Assembly (NCBI GenBank): GCA_030065265.1
Contig: JASJCW010000005.1
Span: 1 to 57,477, forward strand
Source of the DNA: Prochloraceae cyanobacterium
GTDB lineage: Bacteria; Cyanobacteriota; Cyanobacteriia; Cyanobacteriales; JASJDA01
Length of the DNA stretch: 57,477 bases
Direction of reading: 5' to 3'
Part shown: piece by piece, positions 20,578-30,858 of the stretch
How positions within the stretch are numbered: position 1 is the first letter of the stretch
Layout: the number at the start of each line of letters is the position of its first letter
The notes under the pieces: generated by a model
The model's database searches: none
What the model was told of the DNA's origin: nothing
The model's input: the letters and a program-made list of their open reading frames with translations, nothing else
Translations under genes and position numbers: made by a program

Positions 20578-21750
20578 CTAAGAACCTAAATCGATCGCAA
20601 CCCGAACTTGCATCCCTGTCAGACTAGCGACTTTAGCATTATCTTGGGGATCGATGCGAATTTTTACTTCAACAACGCGGGTATTTTCATCGGTAGTCGG
20701 ATCGGTAGATCCCCCAGTAAGCTGCCTTCTGCCGACTTGCAAAGCAATATGTTCGACTTTTCCGATTACTTCTCCCGCAAAACCACCATATTCACTTTGT
20801 ATTGTTGCTTTTTGTCCGATTTTAACTCTACTGATTTCCGTTTCATAAACTTCGGCGATCGCATACATGCGATCTGTTTTTCCCAATTCAACAATCCCCT
20901 GTTGGGTATTAACTTTTTCGCCGATGCGGGTGTTAATTCGCAAAATTTGCCCCGCAACGGGAACTTTGACTTTAGTATCTTCGAGATCGGCTTTGCGCTG
21001 TTCTACAGCTACCAGACTGCGTTCTAACTCAGCTCGAGCCACTCTAATATCCACCGGACGAACTTCTTTAAGTGTTGCTAAGTCTTGTTGCTCTCTGGCT
21101 ATTTCTTCTTGTAAAGTTTGTTTGGTATTATCGAGCTGTGCTTGGCGTTGTTGCAGATCGGCTCGAGCTGTTTCTAGTTGTTTTTTTGCTTCGTCTAAAG
21201 CTTGACGACTAATAGCACCTTGCTTGGCAATAGTTTCTTGACGTTGATGGAATATCTCTGCTTGACGAAGTTCAGCTTCAGCAGCAGCGATCGCCGCTTC
21301 TCTTTCTATGGTTTCGTTGCGAAGTTTTGCCTGCAAACTAGCAATATTCGCTCTTTGAGCTGCTATTTCAGAATTTTTGGCACTACCGGATCTAATTTGC
21401 TCGAGTTTAGCTTGAAAGAATTCTACATTTTTACGTGCTTCTTCTAAGTCTCTTTGTCTTCTTTCAATACCTTGCAGTATTGCGATAACCTGACCTGCTT
21501 TAACGCGATCGCCTTCGTTAACGAAAATCTTATTGACGCGACTATCTTCTGCATTGGCTACCGACAGTTTAATTACTTCTCCTTGGGGTGTCAAACGGCC
21601 TAAAGCAACTACTTTTTGAGCTGTTATTTTTACTTGTTTTTCTGAAGTTTTTGGTTGTGCTTGCGAAAAACTAACACAACCGGATATTAGACTGAGAAAA
21701 CTTAGAAGTAAGCCATTAATTGCAATCTTTCTGAACGGAAAGTCAGCCAT
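20578..21750 (-). CDS. devB: DevB-family membrane fusion protein (HlyD family), probable lipoprotein
   Basis: 390 aa. The lipobox is LISGC, followed by a biotinyl/lipoyl-like hairpin, a long alpha-helical coiled coil (AELRQAE...QQRQAQLDNTKQTLQEE) and a beta-barrel C-terminus. Confidence 0.8.
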   Translation of the reverse strand: MADFPFRKIAINGLLLSFLSLISGCVSFSQAQPKTSEKQVKITAQKVVALGRLTPQGEVIKLSVANAEDSRVNKIFVNEGDRVKAGQVIAILQGIERRQRDLEEARKNVEFFQAKLEQIRSGSAKNSEIAAQRANIASLQAKLRNETIEREAAIAAAEAELRQAEIFHQRQETIAKQGAISRQALDEAKKQLETARADLQQRQAQLDNTKQTLQEEIAREQQDLATLKEVRPVDIRVARAELERSLVAVEQRKADLEDTKVKVPVAGQILRINTRIGEKVNTQQGIVELGKTDRMYAIAEVYETEISRVKIGQKATIQSEYGGFAGEVIGKVEHIALQVGRRQLTGGSTDPTTDENTRVVEVKIRIDPQDNAKVASLTGMQVRVAIDLGS

Positions 21751-21886
21751 CTTAAATATTGCTAAATATTTGGTTTGGAGCTTGTTTGTATTATTATTGT
21801 TTTACTTAATTAGTATAAAACAAAATTTGAATCTCCAGAACAACAGACAGCTTAATTTAAGCTAAAGTTTCCTAATTATGACAATG

Positions 21887-22651
21887 TTATGACTTATTTG
21901 CGATTACGAGCATTTCATAATCTTCGGTTGATAATCGATCGCTGCGACTAAAAGCACCGAGTTTCGCGCCAAAAATATCGATATTTTTAAATTTTAGTGT
22001 TTTTAACAGCCAGGTTATTTCTGAGGGGACATAATACCTTTCGTTACATTGTAATTCTTTTTTATTCCCTAAGTCGTCTTGAATACATATAGTACCAAAA
22101 TCTCTAAAACTCATTAAATCGAAAGAATTACGATCGTAGGTTGCATTTCCTGATTGGAGATCTGAATTTAAAAAATCTTTGACAGAATGAAATAGAGGAA
22201 ATAAACCGTTTAAAGTAGTAAAAATTAATTTACCATTTGATTTTAAAGCATTAGCAGAATTTTGAAGAATTTGAAAGTTCATTTCATCGGTTTCCATCAA
22301 AGAAAATGCCCCTTCACAAATCATAATTACCAGATCGAATTCTTCAAAAAAAGAGAGATTCCTGGCATCACGTTTTTGAAAATCAATTTGTAAATTTCTC
22401 TCTAGAGCTTTTTGTTTTGCCCGTTTGAGAAGAGATTCTGAGAGATCGATCCCAACAACTTGATATCCTCTTGTTGCCAATTCAATTGAATGTCTTCCAG
22501 TCCCACATCCTAGATCTAAAATTTTAGTATTGCGATCGTAATTAATTTCTTTTTCAATAAAATCGCACTCTCCGATCGTACCTTGAGTAAACTTCTCTCG
22601 ATCGTATTTTATTGCATAATTTTCAAATAGTTCTTCATACCATTGTTTCAT
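21887..22651 (-). CDS. Class I SAM-dependent methyltransferase
   Basis: Motif I is ILDLGCGTGRHS, the acidic loop is GIDLSE and motif post-II is DLVIMICEGAF. Confidence 0.8.
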   Translation of the reverse strand: MKQWYEELFENYAIKYDREKFTQGTIGECDFIEKEINYDRNTKILDLGCGTGRHSIELATRGYQVVGIDLSESLLKRAKQKALERNLQIDFQKRDARNLSFFEEFDLVIMICEGAFSLMETDEMNFQILQNSANALKSNGKLIFTTLNGLFPLFHSVKDFLNSDLQSGNATYDRNSFDLMSFRDFGTICIQDDLGNKKELQCNERYYVPSEITWLLKTLKFKNIDIFGAKLGAFSRSDRLSTEDYEMLVIANKS

Positions 22652-22698
22652 TTTCTTATTTAAGTTTTATCTGATTTATAATTAAAGCTTAATCAATT

Positions 22699-22965
22699 TT
22701 ATTCGACTACGACACGCCACTCGTGAAGTTGGTATTTGACACAACCATTTGTAATCAGAGGATCGAGAGCAACGATTCCTCGAGCTTCTTCAAGAGAAGA
22801 TGCTTCAAAAAGTAACATGCCACCCCCTAATTCAGCCCAATAGCCAGTACGAGCTTTATGACCCTTAGCAATTAAATCGCGCACGTACGCTTTATGAGCG
22901 GGAACGTAGCGATCGAAGGTACTTTTATTAACAATTCCTTCTTCAATTTTGACAAACCAAGGCAT
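22699..22965 (-). CDS. YciI-like small protein
   Basis: 88 aa. The pattern H..Y...L...G....G........G.....A.S.EEA......DP is typical of the YCII superfamily. Confidence 0.65.
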   Translation of the reverse strand: MPWFVKIEEGIVNKSTFDRYVPAHKAYVRDLIAKGHKARTGYWAELGGGMLLFEASSLEEARGIVALDPLITNGCVKYQLHEWRVVVE

Positions 22966-23100
22966 TGTAAATGATTAAATCCGATCGAACTATATAGATT
23001 GACTACTATTATTTATCCTATTGCAGCTCACATTTACAATAGTTTTAGCACATTTGAGATGTAAATTAAAATTAGTTTACAAATATAATATAAACTAAAA

Positions 23101-23141
23101 TAAAAAAATTAGCCTTTGGCAAAGATCGAGCAAAAGCTAAT
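23101..23141 (-). terminator. Possible rho-independent terminator of the taxis operon
   Basis: On the minus strand, a stem forms between ATTAGC and GCTAAT (23108-23113 / 23136-23141). It is followed by a 7-nt T-run (plus-strand A-run 23102-23108), about 20 nt after the CheA stop. The stem is only 6 bp. Confidence 0.45.
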
Positions 23142-23163
23142 CAAAAATAACTAATAAATTAAA

Positions 23164-26100
23164 TTAGTAAACTGGATTTGATTTTTTCAATTTGAGTATA
23201 GTATCGATTAATTCTTGTTCGGGACATGGTTTAATCAAATAAGCCGATGCACCTAATTCTTTTGCCAAATTTCTAAACTTTTCGCTATCTCGAGATGTCA
23301 GCATAATGACCGGAATGCGAGCAGTATTTTCATTTTGACGTAAAGCCTTGAGAAACTGAAAACCGTTCATATGGGGCATTTCTAAATCGCAAACAATTAA
23401 ATCAATATTGTTAGTATTTTGCAATTTTTCCAAACCTTTGAGGCCATTTTCAGCTTCAACAACTTGGTTAGTAACTTTTTCAAGAGAAAGTTTAACCGTT
23501 CTTCTTTGAGAAGAAGAATCATCAACTACTAATAAAGTCTCTGATAGAATCGAATTACCCGGTAAAAGAGGAGTAGCAGAATCTGGTAATGCTTGTTGGT
23601 TGCTACCAGCTAAATATGCTAATTGGCTTTCGCGAGGTGCTAGTGTGTTGGGTTTGTGAGCTTCTTTAACCAAAGCAACCGCATCGATCACCAAAGTCAA
23701 ACTGCTATCGCTGAGAACGCTACAACCATAAATATAACTTGGAGGAGCGATCGCGCTACCAACAGGTCTGATCACTAATTCCCGTTCTCCTAAAACCCGA
23801 TCTACTTCTAAACCCAATAATTCATTATTTTGACTCAATAATAAAATCGCACGATTGTTATCGCTATTGCGATCTATTTGATAATTCGATTGAGAAGAAC
23901 TGGGATTATTGAGACGAGAATATTCGATCAATTCTGAGAAGTTTAAGATAGGAATGGTGTAACTTTCCTTTTCTGTTTCCCAGTTTAATACTTTTTGATT
24001 GTTAAATGTTTTGATTTGGTTTGAATTGGGTAATATGATTCTTTCAATCGAATCAATTAGTAATGAATAAGTTTTTCCTTCGGCTTCAGCTAACATTAAT
24101 TTAGCAATAGTTAGTGTTAAAGGAATTTGTAAAGAAAAAGTCGTTCCTTCTCCAGGTATTGATTCGATGCTAACAGTGCCGTTCATTTTTTCTAGTTGGG
24201 ATCGGACTACATCTAATCCAACACCGCGTCCAGATAAATCGTTTACTTTAGCAGCAGTAGAAAATCCTGGTTGAAATAATATTTCCAAGAGTTCTGATGG
24301 AGTAACTCGATTGGCTTTTTCTGGACTTATTAACTCTCTTTCTATTGCCCGTTGTTTGACTTTTTCTAAGTTAATACCGTTACCATCGTCTTGAACTTCA
24401 ATAATAGTTTGACTGCCTTGATAATAAGCACGCATTTCTAAAGTACCCGTTTCCAATTTACCTGAATTGCGGCGTTCTTCGGGGGTTTCAATGCCGTGAT
24501 CGAAGGCATTACGAACGATATGTAGGAGGGGATCGTATAGTTTATCTTCTACTGCTTTATCGATCAGGATGTGATTTCCAGTTATTTTGACATCTAGTTT
24601 TTTACCGTGTTTGCTAGCTAATTGCTGCAGCATATGAGGAAAGCGATTAAATACTTTACCTACTGGGGACATTCGGGTCTCTATCAGTTCATCTCTCATA
24701 TTTAGTACAATTTGCTGTTGTTTTTGCCAATCGCGACGATATTCTCGGTTGTCGGATTTAATATCTTCAAGAAATGCCAATGTTTCTGAATTATGAGTTA
24801 TTATTGAGTCTAAATTTTTTTCTATTTCTAATAGCTGCGGTTCGAGGGGAGACTCTTGAGTGTAAATTTCTTCTTGAATGTCTTTAACCTGCTCTGATAG
24901 TTGAGATAATATTGTCTCAATATGAGCGTTATTTTCTAATAAAAATTGTACGGTTTGATAAATATTTTCGTTGCGAACGTAATTTTTATTATGCTCGATT
25001 AAAAGTTCACCCATGAAATTATTTAATCTTTCTAGGGAAGCTATATTAATTCGCAAACTTTGTTTAGATTTAGATGAAGATTTAGATGAAGATTTTGTTT
25101 TTGTTTTAGCTGGAGTTAGGTTATTATTTTCTGGTAAATTTGAATTTGTTTGGGAGCGATTATTATCTGCAACGATCGAGGTTTCTGGTTTGAGAGTGTC
25201 TCTTGTTTGTCTGTTCTGTTCTACTGTTTCTAATTTAGTCTCAGTATCTAAGTTATTTGATTGACCCCAAATTGCATCGACTAAAGATTCGGATTCATCT
25301 TTTTGTTCGCTAAGATCCGACTCAGAAACTGGGGAGAATTCTTGGGAACTTTCTTGTTGAGAAATAGATTCTACTTGAGTAGATTGACCCCAAATTGCAT
25401 CGACTAAAGATTCAGGTTCTGAGATCGAGTTATTATCTTCAGCTAAAGATAAATCATTGTCTAAATTAGATTCTTCAATAATAACCGCATCGATATGAGA
25501 ATTTTGCTCGTCATTTTCTGTGGTTTCTTGTTGGGAGGGATCGTTTAACTCGACGATCGTTTCCGCTTCAGAAATCATTTCGACTGAATCAGTTTGAGTC
25601 CAAATCGCATTAACTAATTCTTCGGTTTCTAAATCTGCTGTTGTCGGGGCATTTTCAGAAAAAATTTGAGCCTGTTCTGAGGGTGTGGCTATTTCTTGTC
25701 CAGAAGCCAAAGCCAACAATGCGGGTGTTGGTTCTCCACCGCGATCGCGATCGCCTTCAAGGACTAATTCTCTTGCTGTTTCTAAATTATCTAAAGCTAC
25801 TTTAGCGATCTCTGGAGCGCGATCGGGGTAGCTGTCGATCGCAGTAATAATAGTGCGAGAAATTGCTTTAAATCCGGGTAAATTTAAAGATTCTGCCAAA
25901 CCAATAAATATTTCAGCTTGAGAGCGTAAAATTTCGGCAATTTGAATCGGATCGGGGTTATCTAAAGCATTAGATATTTCGCTCAACCGTTCGGGAATAA
26001 TTTCTTTAAAAAAAGATTCGACAACATCAAGGCCTAATTCTTCTGAGGTGGGAAAAGCATCCCCATCGCTCCAATAATCGCCGATTTTATCTTGTAATTC

Positions 26101-26490
26101 GACGAAAATTCCGGCAGATTTATTTAAGATATCTTCTTCATCGACCGTACCGCTATTTAATTCTGCTGTCAGAAGCAAACGGAGACATTCGTAATTCTCA
26201 AATAGCAAAGTTTGCAGTTCGGCATCTATTTCCAAGTCGGGATTGTAGAGAGCTTTAAAAACATCTTCAAGGGTATGAGATACTTTATTAATGGCATCTA
26301 AACCGACATTTGCTGCGCCTCCTTTAAGAGTATGAGCGGCTCTCATCAGATTGTTAATTTTAAGAGGTCGTTCGTCTGCTGCGAGATTGTCTAAAGCAAA
26401 CAGTTCTTCCTCAATAGTTTGGAGTAATTCAGGAGCTTCTTCGAGAAAGTATTGATAGGCTTGTTCGCGGATACTTGGATCGGTAATCAT
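23164..26490 (-). CDS. Hybrid CheA-type histidine kinase (Hpt - long acidic linker - dimerisation/HATPase - CheW-like - REC), PixL/TaxAY-like
   Basis: The Hpt phospho-His context is MRAAHTLKGGAANVGL. The HATPase N/G boxes are HIVRNAFDHGIE, DDGNGI and GRGVGLDVV. The C-terminal receiver is LLVVDDS...DLEMPHMNG...LTS...KP. Confidence 0.9.
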   Translation of the reverse strand: MITDPSIREQAYQYFLEEAPELLQTIEEELFALDNLAADERPLKINNLMRAAHTLKGGAANVGLDAINKVSHTLEDVFKALYNPDLEIDAELQTLLFENYECLRLLLTAELNSGTVDEEDILNKSAGIFVELQDKIGDYWSDGDAFPTSEELGLDVVESFFKEIIPERLSEISNALDNPDPIQIAEILRSQAEIFIGLAESLNLPGFKAISRTIITAIDSYPDRAPEIAKVALDNLETARELVLEGDRDRGGEPTPALLALASGQEIATPSEQAQIFSENAPTTADLETEELVNAIWTQTDSVEMISEAETIVELNDPSQQETTENDEQNSHIDAVIIEESNLDNDLSLAEDNNSISEPESLVDAIWGQSTQVESISQQESSQEFSPVSESDLSEQKDESESLVDAIWGQSNNLDTETKLETVEQNRQTRDTLKPETSIVADNNRSQTNSNLPENNNLTPAKTKTKSSSKSSSKSKQSLRINIASLERLNNFMGELLIEHNKNYVRNENIYQTVQFLLENNAHIETILSQLSEQVKDIQEEIYTQESPLEPQLLEIEKNLDSIITHNSETLAFLEDIKSDNREYRRDWQKQQQIVLNMRDELIETRMSPVGKVFNRFPHMLQQLASKHGKKLDVKITGNHILIDKAVEDKLYDPLLHIVRNAFDHGIETPEERRNSGKLETGTLEMRAYYQGSQTIIEVQDDGNGINLEKVKQRAIERELISPEKANRVTPSELLEILFQPGFSTAAKVNDLSGRGVGLDVVRSQLEKMNGTVSIESIPGEGTTFSLQIPLTLTIAKLMLAEAEGKTYSLLIDSIERIILPNSNQIKTFNNQKVLNWETEKESYTIPILNFSELIEYSRLNNPSSSQSNYQIDRNSDNNRAILLLSQNNELLGLEVDRVLGERELVIRPVGSAIAPPSYIYGCSVLSDSSLTLVIDAVALVKEAHKPNTLAPRESQLAYLAGSNQQALPDSATPLLPGNSILSETLLVVDDSSSQRRTVKLSLEKVTNQVVEAENGLKGLEKLQNTNNIDLIVCDLEMPHMNGFQFLKALRQNENTARIPVIMLTSRDSEKFRNLAKELGASAYLIKPCPEQELIDTILKLKKSNPVY

Positions 26491-26594
26491 AATTCATCAA
26501 AAATTAATGAAGAGACGTTCGTGAGAACGCCTGTAGAGATGTTAGTGTCGGGAAGTCGATCGCAACATCCTGACAACTAACAATTAATTAGTAA

Positions 26595-29500
26595 TTAACT
26601 AACTTTAAACTTAGCTACATTAGCCTGCAAATCTCGAGCCATTGCGAGCAGTTCTTGGAAAGCAGCAGAGATTTGCATAGATTCGGAAGAAGTATCGTTA
26701 GCAATTCCAGCAACTTTTCCCATCACGTTCATGACTGATTCTGCTTTTTGCATTTGTACGTCCGTCGCGCTGGTAATTACGGCGACTAATTCGCTGATTT
26801 CTCCAGTCGAACTAACAATATCGTTCAAACTTGCTCTGGTATCGCTGACTAAGTTAGTACCTCTTGCGACTTGTTCGACACCTTTTTCCATTGCTCCAGC
26901 AACTTCGAGAGTTTCTTCCTGAATTTTCTGGACTAAGGTTTCAATTTCAGTGGTTGCTTCGGCAGATTGGAGCGATAAGTTGCGAACTTCATCGGCAACT
27001 ACAGCAAAACCTTTACCGTATTCTCCGGCTCTAGTTGCTTCTAGAGCTGCGTTGAGAGCAAGCAAGTTAGTTTGAGTGGCGAAACTACTAATCAAACTGA
27101 CTACTTTAGAAATTTTCTGGGAAGACTCGGAAAGTCGTTTAACTCGTTTCCCTGCTTCGGTAACGAAGGAGCGAATTTCGCTAATACTTTCAACGGTTTT
27201 ATTCATTGCCAAGTCCCCAGTTTTCACTGTTTGGTTGGCTCGGTCGATCGCCGCTTCTACTTGTCGTGCGTTTTGGGTGGTTAATTCGATCGCTTCAATG
27301 GTTTCTTGAATTCTGGTTAAAGCTAGGTTCAATTCTTCAAATTGGAGTTGAGCTTTAGTCGAGAGTCCGGTAATCGCGGTGTTGCTTTCGGTGGCTGTTC
27401 CGGCGACTTTTTCTACTGTAGCTTTAACTTGAACGACGATATCTTGGAGCGAATCTAAAGTAGTGTTGTAGGCTGCAGCGATCGTGCCGATTTGATTGTC
27501 GGTTACATTGGCACGAACTGTTAAATCTCCTCGGAAAGCAGGTTTAACCGTACTCAACATTTGTAAAGCTTGCTGTTGAATGTCTTCTTTGGCTGCTTTT
27601 TCTCTTTCTAATGTTTGCGCTAGGCTATCTGCTTGGCTTTTAACTTGTTCGATAAATTCAGCTTGTTTGATTGCCAATCCCAGGGGTGTGGCAATTTGTA
27701 AAATTAAGCTAGCATCCGATTCTGCCCAATTGCGCGGCCCGGAGTTTTGATAAACTGCAAACAAACCCCAAAGTTGATTGTCTTTAAAGATCGGTGCGAT
27801 GATATAAGCTTTAGCTTGATATTTCTCGAGGGAGTTTAAATAGCAAGCTGAAAATCCTGCCGAGTAAACATCATCGACGACTTTAATTCTTTGACCTTTG
27901 GTATATTCTCCACCGTCGGTATCTTTGAGGTAAGTATCGGTGTCAAAAGTCGATCCGGTTTTTAAATCTTTGATCGTGCAGCGATCGTCGTCGCTCATTT
28001 CGCTAGTATAGATCGTGTCATCGACTGCTTGAATTTCGATTACGGAAACCCATTCGCTGCCGTAAGATTCTGCGACTACTTGTCCGCTCCAGTCTGGGTT
28101 AAAGCGATAAACTACAGCGCGATCGGCTTCCAAGATCCGCCGAGTTTGTTGGGTAGCATTGGTAAAAATACTTTTCAGGTCGCTAGAGTTGCGAATTCGC
28201 TCGATAATTTTGGCAACTGCGCGATCTTGTTGCGATTGAATCTGAATTTTTTTGGCATATTCTGCCTGTTGTACCCCGATTCCCAATTGAGAGCCGATCG
28301 TACCGAGCAATTTAATTTCTGAAGGTTGCCATTCGCGAGGCCCCGAATTTTGGTAAGCAACTAGCAAGCCCCAGAGTTGTTGCCTTTGATAGATGGCAAC
28401 AACCATGTAAGCTCTAGCTTGATATTTTTCTAAAATTTTCAGGTAGGAATCGGGCAGATCGGAATTGTAAATATCGTTTCTGACTCTGTAAGTGGAAACC
28501 TTTTCCTTATTGAGATTAGGTTGCAAATCTCTTTGCGAGCCTGTTTTAGTACCTGCTAAACCTCGATCGCCGACCAAGTCTCTGAGGGCGCAATTGTTGA
28601 CATTTTGAATGATTTCTGGCATCGTACTTTGAACTTCTAAAAGAGATGTCCATTCCGAGCTGTGGGATTCGGCGATGAATTCTCCGCCCCAGTCAGGAGT
28701 AAAACGATATATTGCCGCGCGATCGCACTTTAGCAACTTACGTACTTCTTGAGTTGTAGTTTGCAGAATCTCTTGTAGATTTAATGATTCGCGAATCCGA
28801 TCGACTATTTTGGCTACGGCTTGTTCTCTTTCGGCCCTAGCTTCTAACTGTCCGACATATTCTATTCTTTGTAAGGCAACGCCGATTTGCAGTCCGATTT
28901 GTCTGAGGGTTTCTATTTCTTCATCGCGCCATTTGCGAACCCCCGAGTTTTGGTAAATTGCAGCGAGTCCCCAGAGTTTTTTATCTTCGTTTTCTGAGAT
29001 AATTATTGGGGCGATAACGTAGGCTCTAGCTTCAAATTGTTCTAAAAGTTCGATGTGACAAGCTTGGTGGCCGACTAGATAAATATCGTCTACGGCAAAG
29101 CATTCGCCAAATTTATAGCGGCCTCCTCGATTTTCTTCTAAGTAGGTATCTTTAACAATGGGTATCTTTTCAATTAAGCTCGTCCACCCAGCAGCAACTG
29201 ATTCGGCGATGAAGTTGCCGCTCCAATCGGGGTTAAAGCGGTAAATTGCGAAGCGATCGACTTCTAGCAGTTTTCTTCCTTCTTGAGTAGCTATTTGATA
29301 TACTATGTCTCTATCTTTAGAGACTCTCATGCGATCTAGCATTCTACCGAGGTCTTTTTCTCGTTTAAATGCTGCTTCCATTTGCTTGGTTTGGAAGGAG
29401 GTTTTACGGAAAAATTCGGTTTGTTGGAGCGGAAAACTAAATTGACTGGCAAACTTGAGCATGGAGTTGATTTCTGAAGTTTGCCAGTTGCGAGGGCCGG

Positions 29501-30602
29501 AGTTTTGGTATGCTGCGAGAACGCCGAGAAGTTGGTTATTTTGCTCGACCGGTACTAGAATGTATGCTTTTGCTTGTAGTTTTTCGAGGGCTTCAATCAA
29601 ACACTGAGCGAAATCTTTTGCATAGATGTCGTTAACGACGTAATATTGTTTGTATTGTTCTCCTCTCAGGAAAAAGTCGCGATCGAATGCCGATCCGGCT
29701 CTTTCCCACTTGAGATTTACTGATTCTGCTAGAACTTCTCCACTCCAGTCTGGATTGAAACCGTAGATGAGGACGCGATCGGCTTTGAGGAGTTCGCGCA
29801 GTTTTTCGAGCATCTCTTGCATCAACTGCTGCATTTCTTGGTTGATGGTAGTCAAGATGTCTTTTTGCTGTGCTAACTGCATTCTCGGTCGATCTTGTTG
29901 CACTGCTAGGGTAATTTCTTTAGTCAGGCTATCGAGTAGATTTATTTCTTCTTCTTGCCATTGACGCTCTTGCTCGCATTGTTGTATTACTAACAATCCC
30001 CAGATTTGGTTGAGAGCATAATTGCTTTCTTCGATCGAGTAAGTCCCGTTCACCATTATTGGTATGGTTAGAGATGCTTTGACTTGAAATTTTTCTAGCA
30101 GTTGTTTTTGGTAAGGGGTGAGTCTTTGATTTTGCAGATCTTCAATTGCTAGATGTCCTTGGCTGAGATATTCTTTGGCTGTTTGTCGGCCAAAACAAAT
30201 ACAAGGTAAGATTTCATCGATCGCCGGAGTCCAACCTGGAATTAGTGCTTCTGAAATTACTTGTCCGGTTTCTCCTTGAGTTTGGCGATCGAATTTACTT
30301 TGGCGATCGAAACGATAAATTAAGACTCGATCTGCCCCTAATTCTTCTCTAATTGTTGCGGTTGCATTGGTTAAAAATTCGTTTAAGTCTTTAGCTTGAC
30401 GGATTTTTTCGCTTGTTTTCTTGATCCGTTCTCGCTCTTGCTGAAATAATTTTTTTTTGAATTTTTCTACTTTTTCTTTTTGTGTCGATCTATTGGCTGT
30501 TAGTTTGCCATTTTCTTGACTATCTCCATTATTTTGTTGAATCTGATTCGCTTCGCTGTTATTTTGAGGCTTCTCTTCTGCGAAAATATTTTGTCCTTCC
30601 AT
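26595..30602 (-). CDS. Methyl-accepting chemotaxis protein with five tandem GAF domains, no TM segments (PixJ/PtxD-like taxis receptor)
   Basis: There are five repeats of the pattern DRVLIYRF(N)PDW.G..(I/V)AES...W...YQ(A/V)(K/R)A. The third carries DTYL...28 aa...CH, like bilin-binding GAFs. The C-terminal signalling domain contains QTNLLALNAALEATRAGEYGKGFAVVADEVRNLS. Confidence 0.9.
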   Translation of the reverse strand: MEGQNIFAEEKPQNNSEANQIQQNNGDSQENGKLTANRSTQKEKVEKFKKKLFQQERERIKKTSEKIRQAKDLNEFLTNATATIREELGADRVLIYRFDRQSKFDRQTQGETGQVISEALIPGWTPAIDEILPCICFGRQTAKEYLSQGHLAIEDLQNQRLTPYQKQLLEKFQVKASLTIPIMVNGTYSIEESNYALNQIWGLLVIQQCEQERQWQEEEINLLDSLTKEITLAVQQDRPRMQLAQQKDILTTINQEMQQLMQEMLEKLRELLKADRVLIYGFNPDWSGEVLAESVNLKWERAGSAFDRDFFLRGEQYKQYYVVNDIYAKDFAQCLIEALEKLQAKAYILVPVEQNNQLLGVLAAYQNSGPRNWQTSEINSMLKFASQFSFPLQQTEFFRKTSFQTKQMEAAFKREKDLGRMLDRMRVSKDRDIVYQIATQEGRKLLEVDRFAIYRFNPDWSGNFIAESVAAGWTSLIEKIPIVKDTYLEENRGGRYKFGECFAVDDIYLVGHQACHIELLEQFEARAYVIAPIIISENEDKKLWGLAAIYQNSGVRKWRDEEIETLRQIGLQIGVALQRIEYVGQLEARAEREQAVAKIVDRIRESLNLQEILQTTTQEVRKLLKCDRAAIYRFTPDWGGEFIAESHSSEWTSLLEVQSTMPEIIQNVNNCALRDLVGDRGLAGTKTGSQRDLQPNLNKEKVSTYRVRNDIYNSDLPDSYLKILEKYQARAYMVVAIYQRQQLWGLLVAYQNSGPREWQPSEIKLLGTIGSQLGIGVQQAEYAKKIQIQSQQDRAVAKIIERIRNSSDLKSIFTNATQQTRRILEADRAVVYRFNPDWSGQVVAESYGSEWVSVIEIQAVDDTIYTSEMSDDDRCTIKDLKTGSTFDTDTYLKDTDGGEYTKGQRIKVVDDVYSAGFSACYLNSLEKYQAKAYIIAPIFKDNQLWGLFAVYQNSGPRNWAESDASLILQIATPLGLAIKQAEFIEQVKSQADSLAQTLEREKAAKEDIQQQALQMLSTVKPAFRGDLTVRANVTDNQIGTIAAAYNTTLDSLQDIVVQVKATVEKVAGTATESNTAITGLSTKAQLQFEELNLALTRIQETIEAIELTTQNARQVEAAIDRANQTVKTGDLAMNKTVESISEIRSFVTEAGKRVKRLSESSQKISKVVSLISSFATQTNLLALNAALEATRAGEYGKGFAVVADEVRNLSLQSAEATTEIETLVQKIQEETLEVAGAMEKGVEQVARGTNLVSDTRASLNDIVSSTGEISELVAVITSATDVQMQKAESVMNVMGKVAGIANDTSSESMQISAAFQELLAMARDLQANVAKFKVS

Positions 30603-30858
30603 AATTCTTTCGTTAGGTTCTACTCTAGTGAAAATGGTGATGTCTGGATCTAAATCCCTGCTATTTTGGGATAACTGTATTTGTAGGGAAGTTTTTTTTG
30701 CTCGGGAGTAATTAATAAAAATCTAGCCAATAATCTAATAAGATCGAGGTTTTCGGAACGAGTAAAATGTATTTTTCCGAACCGATAACCAGCTCTTATT
30801 TTATTTCAAGAACAACTTCAAATTATTAAAATTAGTGGAGCTAAATCTGACTTAGCTC

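Noticed and set aside
30603-30858. Hairpin TTCGGAA...TTCCGAA in the cheW-MCP spacer, as an internal terminator
   Set aside because: It has no T-run on the transcribed (minus) strand. It may be structural, but there is no evidence of function.
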